From the NCBI RefSeq assembly GCF_009914755.1, contig NC_060947.1: DNA of 64,000 bases. The stretch is one strand, 5' to 3'. The position numbers were made by a program, and so were the translations under genes. Positions 33,251-45,822 of the stretch are shown here, piece by piece. Every line of letters starts with the position of its first letter. Position 1 is the stretch's first letter. The notes below the pieces were generated by a model. That model saw nothing but the letters and a program-made list of their open reading frames with translations, had not been told where the DNA came from and did not search any database. The stretch comes from the human T2T-CHM13v2.0 reference genome, Homo sapiens.

Positions 33251-35252
33251 GGTGTGGAATGAACAGTGGCCACCAAAAACTACCCAAAGCTTTCTTGCCA
33301 GCTTATCTACCTTCCTTCCTTGGGGTCAGAGCCCGAGCGAAGAGGCCTCACCCCATTCTAATTCTAATTCACCCCATTCTGCCTGATTTCACCCCATTCT
33401 AATTATAGGCCAATTGATGTGGGGCTGTAATCTGAGCAGATCCAGGGAAAGGACAAGGGGAATGCCATACTTTTTAACTAGTTTATTTTCAATGCTGCCT
33501 ACTGACAGGAAGGCAGAGGAGTAACAAATCCATCTAGCCCTACATTTGATCTTCTTGTCCCAGGAGTATGCCTCATCAAGCCACTTTAGCTTTTAAGTAG
33601 ATGCTTTTGCTGCCTTCATCATGTTGGGTTTTCTTGTTTCCTCCAACTTCTTTGGATTCAGTCATCAAATAGCAAAGTGGAACAGGTCCTTGGGTATTAC
33701 ACAACCAGGCTGGGAGGAGAGGGATCCCACAAAGAGGAAATTACAACCACACACAATCAAGCTCCCAAATATGAGCTACAATGTTAGGTTCCTGCTACAA
33801 ATCTCCAGAAAAAAAAAAAGATTAAAAAGAAGCTATCCAGGATATGTTACCTTTCCCTTGTTTTCAAGTGGATTAAATGAGTGTGCAAGGTGGCAAAGTG
33901 ACAGCTCAACCAAACCTCAGCATCATGGAAATTAGAAATAGAAATTTCCCAGAAACTGCAGTCCCTGGGAACAGATTATTCTCCCTGCTGCTCCCGCATA
34001 CTGCTCTAATGTATTGATTAGTAGAGAGATGACTGACACTTTTACTCATCCATTTGATTTTCAGGAGCCCTGGGGGGTGGGGTAAAAGGAAAGTTACTTC
34101 AGGAACTCTAGTCCCTATAGAATGGTAGAGGGCAGGGATAATAACCAGAGTTGGGCAAAGAGACCAAGAATGTTCACGGAATAAGCTAAGAGAAGGGTCA
34201 GGCCTTGATATAATGCAGGGCTTCCTGCTCTCTAGCCAGACACTCTGATCTATTGAGCAGACACTAATTGCCTGCATGCTACCCTCCAAATTCCTCTTCA
34301 AGGGAGATTAAGCTCTGAAGGTTTCCCCTATGACTCCTCTTTTTCATTTGACAAATGAAGCTGAAATTATCATGCAGATGCTTTTGACAGCCACTCTGTT
34401 TGTTCAAACATCTGGGAGACAAGGGGGGTGGCAGAGACAGCAAAATATGGCATCTTTTTCTTGATTTGCACGGTCTGTTCACAGCAGTCCTCGGCAATCT
34501 GGCAGAATGTCTCTCCTTGCCTAGACAACTTCTTGGGCAGGTGGAATGCACAAAGAACCTATACCAGGGAACCTGTGAAATTGGGCCACCAATCCTAACC
34601 ATCATCAAGCCATGGAGCATCCATGTCTCATTGCTTTCTTGGGGAGACTCCCCAGCACTCACCCACCACCTGACTGGGATTTGGATGACCTCCCCAAGGT
34701 AGTCTCACTGTCTTATTTAAATATAAACTCTTTACTACATACAAAAAGCAAGTCGCTGAAATATCACAAAGAACAGCAATTGGGCTGTGAGAGGCAGAAG
34801 GTTGAAGGAATATGTGGTACCTTACTGAAAACAATACCACACAAGGAATCAGGGGACTAGATTCAAGTTCCAGCTTTGTCACTGACTTGCTGTGTGGCCT
34901 TGGTAGGAAATAAACCTCTCTCTGCTTCTCTGTCTTTCACCATCATTGCAAGGTGTTTGAGAGTAAGTGTGTGAGAGTATGTGTACATGTGCATATGTGC
35001 ATGTGTATACACACAAGAATCGTCAGGGTTGTAGGGGGAGTCCTCTAAGAGCCTTGGTGATTCTGACATTCTAGAAGTCTTTAACACAGGTATGGCAAAT
35101 ATGACAGAAACTTTAGGCTTGGCCTTTGAAATATATCCATCAGGCTTTACTAGAGAAAAGACTTCCTAGAGGACAACTTCGCTGGAACTGGCAAGTTCCA
35201 CAGTGACCTCAGTCTGACAAGAAGACCATGAAGAATTTTTCTTCTTACAAAT

Positions 35253-35611
35253 TGCTATAGGCTGAATGTTTGTATCCCCATAAAATTCACATGTTGAAAC
35301 ATAATCTCTACTGTGATGGTATTTGGAGGTAAGGCCTTGGGGGATGATGGTCATGAGAATGAGGCAGTCATGAATTAAATGGGAATAGCATTCATAAAAG
35401 AGACCCCAAAGAGTTCTCTCATCCTTTCTGCCATGTGAGGTTACAATGAGAAGACAACAGTCTATGAAGAGGGCCCTCACCAGGCACTGAATCTACTGGT
35501 TCCTTGATCTTGGACTTCCCAGCTTCCACAATTATGAGAAATAAATTTCTGTTGTTTATAAGCCACCCAGTCTATGGTATTTTGTTATAGCAGCCTGAAT
35601 GAAGTAGGATG
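35253..35611 (+). mobile_element. MLT1A-type MaLR solo LTR
   Basis: tgctataggctgaatgtttgtatcccc...ttataagccacccagtctatggtattttgttatagcagcctgaa. Confidence 0.88.
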
Positions 35612-37243
35612 TCAATTTAGATGAAGAAAGGCTTCACCAAGCAGGAGCGTACAAGGGATGTGTGGGCTTACATGAGATTAGAGTACCAATCAATCAGGCT
35701 AATAAAGGAGGCAGACACTGTTAGAACTGTGTTTTTGTGGCCCCATTCAGACATACATGCAGGAAATTCCTTCTGAGATGCTGAGTGTTTAAATCATAGC
35801 TCAGTGTTATTGAGCTTGGTGCTACTGAAGCTCCCTGAGTAGGCCAGGTAATTTCATGCTATTTTTGGTTCCCCATGGCTCCTGCTCCAAGGACTGATGT
35901 CCCAGAGCACACAGGGGAATCAGAAAGTCTTCTAGGCATTGGGAAGTTGGGGAGATGCTCCAGGGAATAGGAAGACAACTGCTGCTGGGCACCTTCTCTT
36001 ACAAAAAACCCTGCCAACGAGAGAGAATAAGGCCAGCTAATCCACCTTAATTTTAGAGTGTCTTAGAGTTGATGGGCTTGCTAGAAGTCATTTGGTCCAG
36101 CTCTCTGCCTTTAATCAGGCAAATGGCCAAAGCAATGCCAACACAAGGAAAAAAGGACCCACAATTTTCTAGTAAGTCTGGCCCAGTGCTGGCTTCTGCT
36201 TAAGAGAATGAGGGTCTCTTCATCTAGACAAATTCCTTTCTCTGCAAATCAAAGTGCTGTTCTACTTATATGGGAACATTATCCTTCAAATATAGCCCAA
36301 AAGGATGTCAGCTGATCAGAATTGTGGTCTTTTTCAGCAATCTACATTAAGGTAGGACAGAGGTAGCAGAATAAAAGGAAAGTGACTTTTTTCTGGGCCT
36401 TGGTTAAGCAGCTGTTTGTGAGGATGATGCTTGGTTCCCTTGGAACGGGCTAAAATACTTTAAGTATTAAGAGAAATACTACCTCTTAATCACTGAAAAT
36501 GACACTTGAGTTGAGGTCAGTGGAATAGGGAGCAGACCCTACCTCTATATTGTGACCACAAGGCTTAAGATTGCTAATCCCTCCCTAGTAGCACGTCCAG
36601 CCTCTCCTATCTTGGTTATTTTAGCCAGCAGACTATCAGATTGCACAACCTGGGCCTGCAAGACATATGTGAAATGTCATTACTCCTGATACTTTTGGTG
36701 GGCATCTAGGAAGGGAAGGTCTTTCAGAATTCAGAGAAGTCATGGCTGTCTGCAATGAAATAATCAGGGATTATTTTAAAAACAGATGTGAAAACTGTGG
36801 ATTTGGCAGGGATGATGGTTGTGGCCTATAGTGTACAGGCCTAATAGAGAGACCTAATAGATGTGCTAGGGTGAGGTGGTATCACCGATAAAAAAAAAAG
36901 TATGTTGGCTGTCCTGCATGGTTGGGAACAGGAGAACCAACCTCGTATTCTGTGTCTGGAAGTAAATTAGTATATACTATTTCTTATCTAAGTGTGAATC
37001 TGTTGGTCATAAATCCAGAAAGAGCTTTGAAAGGCTACTGAATCAACCCTAATTGTTCCTTGGCAATACCTGAAGAAATGAACCTTTCATTTCTTAATGA
37101 GGTATCATCACAAAAATTTCTCCAAGCTTCTTAGAAAGTTATTCAAGTATCCAACACTTCTCATTAGCAAGAAATTTTACCTTGAGTCTAATCTAAATCC
37201 TTACTGTTGCTCTTCAAATGTAATTTCTCTTCACCTGTCCTTA

Positions 37244-37495
<252 letters not shown>

Positions 37496-37666
37496 CTAGG
37501 TGCCAATCTTAACATCCACTCTCCTCTACCTCCTTAGTAACAGAGTCCTGATTTTCAGATGGGAACCCACACCACCTAAAGACTACATTTTCTATCTTTT
37601 GTTTCAGCAAAAATGACTATGCAAGTAAGTTTTGTACACTGATATGTAAATAGAAGTGTTGCGTAG

Positions 37667-38221
37667 TGTAAGAATTAAAGAAAGAGGAGAGAAACATGAA
37701 GGATGGCTTTTCAGTCAACAGGGACAGGTTGATTTTAAATAAACCTGAGAGGAGCGGCTGGCCGAGTTAGGTCAGAGCCACACTTTCTTACAGACTAAGA
37801 GTTTTTAAGGATTCAGGGTGGGAGACTTTATCAGAGGCATAGACTGCTTTTGCGCCTCTTTGTTGTGCTTATCTGGGAAGAGAGAGTTGTGTGTCTGTTC
37901 CCATACATCTTTTTGCAGCTGCAGGCATATCCCCTGAGTCTGCTTTCATCTTCTCTATCTTAGTGCACCTGAAGGAAAAGGAATGTGTTTATTAACGCCC
38001 ACTGTTTTACTGGGGCCCATTGTATGAGGGTGAAGTTTGGCAGTTACTCAAGAGACTTTCCCCCCTACCTCCTTCTGTGCCTGAGCTCTCTTACTGTCTG
38101 CTCTTTCTGGCTGCTTGTAGTTAGAAAAGAAGTGATTTCCTTGAAATGCATGAGGCTAGAAAGGGAGCTGGAACTTGAAGTGGCAGTGTTTGTCCAAGAT
38201 GACGGTGCTCCTGCTCTATCA
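37667..38221 (-). mobile_element. LTR10-family (probably LTR10C, HERV-I) solo LTR, inserted in an older ERVL-type LTR (about 37520-38520)
   Basis: Minus strand begins TGATAGAGCAGGAGCACCGTCATCTTGGACAAACAC and ends ...TTAATTCTTACA. 5-bp flanks cgtag/ggtag. Confidence 0.8.
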
Positions 38222-40029
38222 GGTAGGCCTTCTGAGAAATCACCTTTAAGGTAGAGAGCATACGCTTCTTTAGCCTTTACTCAATCCTGATGCTTGGAAT
38301 GTTGATGTGATGGCCGAACCTCTGGTAGCCATCTTGGACCATAAGGACAAGGTCAATACCCTAGGTATAGGATAGTAGATAGCTGTAGGGTGCTCATGTT
38401 TCTGATGACCATGAGGCCACCATACCAGTCATAAACTTCAGAATACATACTTCTTTTACATGAGAGACAAATGGACCACTATTTTGTTACATCACTTTTT
38501 TTGTGTCCTATCTGATACAGCCAGCCAAGGACCAAGAAGGGAGCCTCACACATGACACAGTATAGACCACCTTATCATCTCTTCCATCATCTATTTCTAT
38601 GGAGCTTCTGCCCAAAATCACTCTGAAATATCCTCACGTTTGCTTTTGCACAATATAGAAACAGAATGTAGCACAGTGGGTAAGAGCATAAAGTCTGAAG
38701 CCAGACTTTGTGGGATCAAATGCCAGTTTTTCTCACTGACTAGCAGTATGGCCTTTGGCAAGCCTCACTCCCTCTCTCATTGACTCAATTTCCTCATCTG
38801 TAAAATGGGGAAAAGTATAGTTTATTGAAGGTTTCATAAATTAAATACAATCATCCATGTAAACTATTTTACTCTTGGCATATAACAAATGTTAGCAGTA
38901 CTATTATTACAAATCAAACATTTCCGTAGTAGAGCCATCACATGGGATGCCTCTTAAAACCCCTAGTCTCAGACGTGTAACCCTTGGCCCCACATCCTGG
39001 GACTCTGGATAGCAGACGTGTTGAGAGTTACATATCCTATCCAGTTTTTTTCTGCTGTTCTTTTCTGATTTGCAATCAAATGGCTCTTGGGAAAGGCAGA
39101 TTGATAGTGAGATCTCAGCCATTCAGTGGGGGCAAAAATAAACTGAGAAGACAAGAGGATGCCTTACAGTTCAGTGTTAACACCTTTCTTTAGAGAAACT
39201 GAAAATGCCTTGTGGTCACTAGTCTGCTTAATCTCTCAGTACCATTTTTTAAAAAAGGAAGGAGAAAAAAATAGATGTGCAACAACCGCACATCTTTGCA
39301 CAACTGCACAACTGCACACCCACAACATTGAATAGTGGGTTGATGGACCAAAGAAAGGCAGAGGAAAGGGACTTCTAATTGCCAGGGCAGATCCTACGTA
39401 GTACCTCCTCCTAGTTCACATCCCTCACTCCAATCTGTGATCTGCACACCTGTCAGAGCCATGGCTCTCAAACAATGTTACATTATCACCTCCAGTGAAA
39501 GGCTTTTCACTATACTTCCTAACCAGTCTATTCTGTCTCAAGACAAATATGTTAGAAAAGTCTTTATTCTGAGCCTCAGTGAATGTTAGCTATTATCAGT
39601 TTTTCTTCTGGATCCCATTGCTGACCCATATTGAGCTTATGGCCAACTAACACTTCCTAAGTCTCTTCAAAACACACTCTAGAAGCTGTATCTCTCTCAG
39701 CCTGTCCGTGAGCTATTTATTTCTTATCTTAGACCCAATGGAAACACTCTACATTTGTTTCTGTTACATTTCATTCTTTTACAGTTAGTTGCTCCAATGT
39801 ATGGGGATCTTTTGGGCTCTGTGACATCACCGAAGTTTCTCCTTGGCAAGATGTCTGAGCCTGACACTTAGAAGGAGGTAGAGTGGTGACAGAAGGGAAG
39901 ATTGCAGCACAGAAGCTGCTAACATAAGTAAGTGCTCCTGCTCTTTGGACCCATTTTCTGCCCCTGTACCTTTCCTTTCTCTGATTTGAGGAGATCAGTG
40001 CTCTAAACCACTTTCTTGGAAGTAAAGCA

Positions 40030-40226
40030 CAGAGCTGTACTGTCCAACATGGTAGCTATTAGCCATATTTAATCAAAATTAAGTAAAATTTAAAATTTAG
40101 TTCCTCAGTTGCACTAGCTATGTTTCTTAGTACTCAAGTAGTCACATGTGGTGGGTAACTACTATATTGAATAACACAAATATAGACTATTTGCATTGTT
40201 GCAGAAAGTTCTACTGGGCAGTCCTG
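40030..40226. mobile_element. MER3-like hAT-Charlie MITE
   Basis: 'ctgtccaacatggtagctattagcca...ttcctcagttgcactagc...gcagaaagttctactgggcag'. Confidence 0.8.
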
Positions 40227-41610
40227 GCATGACAATGTTCATTTCCTCTACACCAAGACTACTCAGTCATGGATTCCTCACTGTCAGTGTCCCATACTGC
40301 CTATTTTTGCCATCTTTAGCTGGCTGCCTTTCTCAAAATGGCTAGAGGGGGAATGTGCCCATCTCTAACCTGTCCTACTAGTTTTAGCAGTCGGCAGGAG
40401 AAGAAAGGAATAGCTGTGGTCCAGCCTAACCCTGGTCAAAGCCCTCAGATGAGGTCTGGGCCCAGCCTCTTATTGGGGAGAACAACAGAACAAAGATTTT
40501 CTACTTCCAGACATGTCAGCTAGCCTCCCTCTTACATGCAGTCTTCATTCTCATCAACTTAAGGAAGGTAGGGTAGGGAATTATATCAATCATCTGTAAG
40601 CAAAGTCAGTATTCTTCTCTATTTATCATTCTTCATCTAATCTTCTCCCTCAGGGGCCATTCTGACTGCCTGTATTTCAGCCCTACCTATCTGAACACCT
40701 ATCTTACTAAGCTTCCAAGCTGGCATCAGCCTTTAGTTGCCTTCAAATCCGAGCTACTCTTGACATGCATGGCAGGAGCCATCATCTTAATACAGATTCC
40801 TGAGACCTGCCAAAAGGGGTTGTCTATGTCGTGGGAGTTGTGCTGGGCCCAACGGGTCACTCTGAGAAAGGGCAGAAATTGATGTCGCCTGACACTGCCT
40901 GAGCTACTCTACTGTCACTCTGGAGCGCAAGGGGTGAGAGGAGAGGGAATCAGGGACCTAGATGGCAAGAGGACTTTGAAGCAGGAGTTCCAGTCACAAG
41001 GTGAAAGTGTACAGAAATGGCAAATCCCAGGCGAATGTCCTATCTTTTTGGTGCCCACCAAACCCCCAAAAAGCTCTGAGGTTGTTTTGGCCTAAGAAAC
41101 TAACATAGCTTTGAGCTATGCTTAAAAACTTTTTTCTGGAACTTTTAAGATGAATTATGCCATATATAATTTACCTAGTGAATATTATCAGTCCACAAGT
41201 ATGATTTAGCTCCATTGCTTGGTCTCCTTGGGGCTAACTTTCAGACCCAGATGCATGAGCCATGGGTGTGGGCCAGTTGGTTTGGTTTACATCTTTGGGT
41301 TCGTTTTTGGATTGATGCTGCTTCTCTAACAAATCATATCTTATATGCTTTAGTGGTTCTGGAGCCCTAGGCAGATTTCAGATTTTAACCCAAATATAGT
41401 GGCAAAGGACCCTCCTTTTGTGTGAGTAACAAAGCCAGTGATAGCTCTGCCTTCTGTACCCTGTTGGCTATGAGGCAATCAAGAATGTATCATCCTGTTT
41501 TGCAGATAAGTTAACAGAAGCTCAGAAAGGGCAAAAGGACATGTATTCTCAATGAGAACCAACAGATAGAGGAAGTTCCCTCATTCACTCCTGACTCCCT
41601 CGATCCCTTA

Positions 41611-41958
<348 letters not shown>

Positions 41959-44126
41959 TCAATTATTCTTAAATTGATTCATAATTTAATAATAAATATC
42001 AAAACAAATTATTCAGTAACAAGACAAACTGACTGTAAATTTCTTATAGAAAAATGAGTACATAGGAATAGTAGGGACATTCTGTAAAAGAAGGGTAATA
42101 AGGGAACACTGGCCCTAATAAGAGTAAAACACAGCATGGAAATAAAACTCTGGGACTGGATCACAAAAAGCAAGAGATCAGTGACTCTACTTCTGGCAAT
42201 GACAGACTAAGTTGTTGCAGGCAAACCCTGCCACTGAGAGTAGCTGGAAAAGCTAAAAATATAAATAAATATCTGTTTGAAGGAATCACACAATCCAGAG
42301 CCTGATATTATCTCCATAAAATGTCCCTAAGGAAACACAATGTGATGAAGTGTTTAGAGGTAAGGAATCTAAGATGTATGCAAGTTAAAACACTAATGGC
42401 TGAGAAAAAAATGTATGAGTGTGTGTATATGTATGTATGGACATATAAATATGTACATAAAGAGAGGGGAAGAGGAGAGAGTCAGGAGAGAGAGGGAGAG
42501 CACACTCAAATGATAAGACAAAATGGTAAAATGTTAACAACAGGGGAATCTGGGTATTTTTTGTATGGTTCTTATTTTTCAACCTTTCCATAAGTTTGAA
42601 ATTAATTCCAAGTAAAGTTTTAAAAAAACTCTATAATTTTTATTATATATTGACAAGTACTTAATAAAAGATAACCTGATACATTAGAATAGAAAATATT
42701 TATAAAACCCAAGAGAAACAATAGGCAATAGAAACTGATCAACAAAAAATCAAGATAGAGTTGTTATATAAGGGTTGAAAAACAAGCAAAATAGCACATA
42801 AAAAGAATAATATACCATGATCAGGACAGACTTATCCCAATGTAATTTACCACATTGACAGATTAAAGGAGAAAAATTACATGATCGTTTCAATAATGCT
42901 GAATAAGCATTTGAGAAAATAAATTTATGACAAAGACATCAGCAAACTAGAAATAGAAAGACACTACCACAATGTAATAAAGGACACCCATGAAAAACGT
43001 TAAGCTAATTACTTGGTAAAATATTGAATGCTTGCCCCTAAGATCAAAACAAGACAAAGATGCCTGTTCTCACCATTTCTAGTTAACACCGTACTGTATA
43101 TCCCGGCCAGTGAAATAAGATAAAAAAGGAAATAGACAGAATATAGACTGAAAAAAGAAGAAATTAAACTCTTTTTTTCAGAGATGACATAATTGTATAT
43201 GCATAAAATCCTAAGAAATCTACAAAAAAAATACTGGAACCAATTAGTGAATTTGGTTATGTGTCAGGACACAAAGTCAATGTACAAAAATCAACCGTAT
43301 TCCTGTGTAATAGTAATAGACTATAGGAAATTGACATTTTAAAATACCACTTACAATGGCAGCCGAAAAAATTTTAAATACTTAGAAATCAACTTTTAGG
43401 AGAGGATGTCAGTAAGATGGCAGAGTAGGAAATATCGCCTTCCTTTCTTCAGCAAACAACAACAATTTGGTAGCTATCCATGAACAAAAAATAATTCTGG
43501 AAAAGCTTAGGGGTCCACTTAAGAAGCCACAGCAATATAGTGAAAGAAAAAGTCAGAAAACAAATACACAAAACGAGTAGGAAAAACAGTTTCATTTTGC
43601 TTGCATCACCCCGTCCCCATAGCTGGTACTGCTCATTATGAAACAGCAACTTGGATCTTGGATCTTGTGTCCTACATACAGGGAGGAGACAGGAGTGTAC
43701 AACCAGCTTCCCCAGCTTTATGGGACACTGCCCTAATGACCAGCTTCAGTTTCATCCCACCCAGATCTCTGAAAAGACAGATATAGCCTAGATGTCTGGA
43801 AACAGCAGAGAGCAAAGAATAGGGATTGGTTATATCAGTATCAGCAAAGTAGCAGGAGTCGCAGTGATCTGCCGTGGCCTCTTTGGCACAGGGCCCCAGT
43901 AGGCCTCTCTGTCAAGGACCTCAATAGCCCTCATAGCCACTGGGTACCTCCTGTAGATTTTACCTCTCAAGATTCTTCAGTGTTCACAGTCACAGACCCC
44001 AGAAGCTTTTTCAGCTTTTCCTGCTGAGAAAACCAACTGCTAGTATAGTATCAGCAGACGCCCTGCAGCTTATACTGCTAAGGGTCCATGGGTTGTTTTT
44101 TCTTCCTTTTGAGTTTTAGGAGAAAA

Positions 44127-44170
44127 AACAAACAAACAAACAACAACAACAACAACAACAACAACAAAAA
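44127..44170. repeat. (AAAC)n/(CAA)n repeat
   Basis: Direct reading. Confidence 0.9.
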
Positions 44171-45405
44171 ACATGCCTGAGCCATGTCCCTTCTTCTTCT
44201 CTACTTCCTGGAGCCACCCAGAGCTGCCCAACTGCTGCTGTGGTTACTATAGCCCAGTGGGAAGGGGTGATGTAGGCCAACAGCTTTCACATTCTCCAGA
44301 TCCCTGATCCACCAGAGCTTTCCCTCCCCCATGCCCAGAGCTGCCTGAGCTACTCCTACCACAGGTGCCTTGGCAAAGGGACTCAGCACAGGAGCCTTTG
44401 CATTCTCTAGGTACTTAAGCAAGTACTACCTCCTTGGATGCTCTGGCCCAGTGACCCAGCACAGCTACCATGCATGTACCTGCAAACAGCCCTAGGGTCC
44501 CAAACTAGGGATTCTAGTCTCACTACCACATGTTACCAAAGCTGACCCACGCAGACAGGCTATCACACAAATTCTTCTAAAGCACACATGGAATACTGTC
44601 CAGAATAGACCACATGCTATACCACAAAATAAGTCTTAGCAAATTTAAGAAGATCAACATCATATCAAGTATCTTTTCTGGTCATGATGATATAAAACTA
44701 CAAGTCAGTAACAGGAAGAAAACTAGAACATTCTTAAATCAGTAGAAATTAAACAACATATCCCTGAATAACAAATGGGTCAAAGAAAAAATCAAAAGGG
44801 AAATTAAAAAATATCTTGAGACAAATGAAATTGAAAGCACAACATACCAAATCCTTTGGGATGCAGCAAAAAAAGTTCTAAGAGGGGCGTTGATAGCATT
44901 AAAAAAAATCTGAAATAAACAATCTGATATTCCACCTCAAGGAACTAGAAAAAGAAGAACAAAGTAAACTCAAAGATAGCAGAAGGAAAAAAATAAAAGA
45001 TCAAAGCAGATATAAATCAGAGAACAGAAAAACTTAGGGAAAAAAATCAACAAAACTAAGACTTGGTTTTTAGAGAAAAAGAATATAGGTAAATAAAATT
45101 AGAAATGAACATGAAGATATTACAAAAGATGTCTCAGAGATGAAAAGGATTACAAGGGACTATTATGAACAATTATATGACAACAACTTGGAAACACCAG
45201 AGGAAATGAATATATTCCTAGAAATATAAAACCTACCAAGATTGAATCAAGAAGAAATAGAGAGCCTGAACATTAACAAATAAAGAGATTGAAGTAGTCA
45301 TTTAAAATCTCCTAACAACAAAAGATCATAGGACCAGATGGCTTCACAGCTGAATTCTACCAAATACCCAGATAAGAATTAGTAGCAATCCCTCTTAAAC
45401 TCTTC

Positions 45406-45407
45406 AA

Positions 45408-45446
<39 letters not shown>

Positions 45447-45447
45447 A
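45406..45447. repeat. (TAAA)n tetranucleotide repeat
   Basis: About 10 perfect units. Confidence 0.95.
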
Positions 45448-45504
45448 AGAACTAAAGGGAATACTCCCAAATGATTCTAAAGTCAGACAGAAATACAAGA
45501 AAAG

Positions 45505-45822
<318 letters not shown>

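Noticed and set aside
33348-33403. CRISPR-like repeat-spacer pattern
   Set aside because: Eukaryotic intron, only three 12-bp repeats with 8-9 bp spacers, and no cas genes.
33621-35087. Cluster of 74-131 aa ORFs in the intron between exons 6 and 7
   Set aside because: No recognisable domains and they overlap on both strands. I recall an annotated intronic lncRNA (ARHGEF9-IT1) in this gene but cannot place it from sequence alone.
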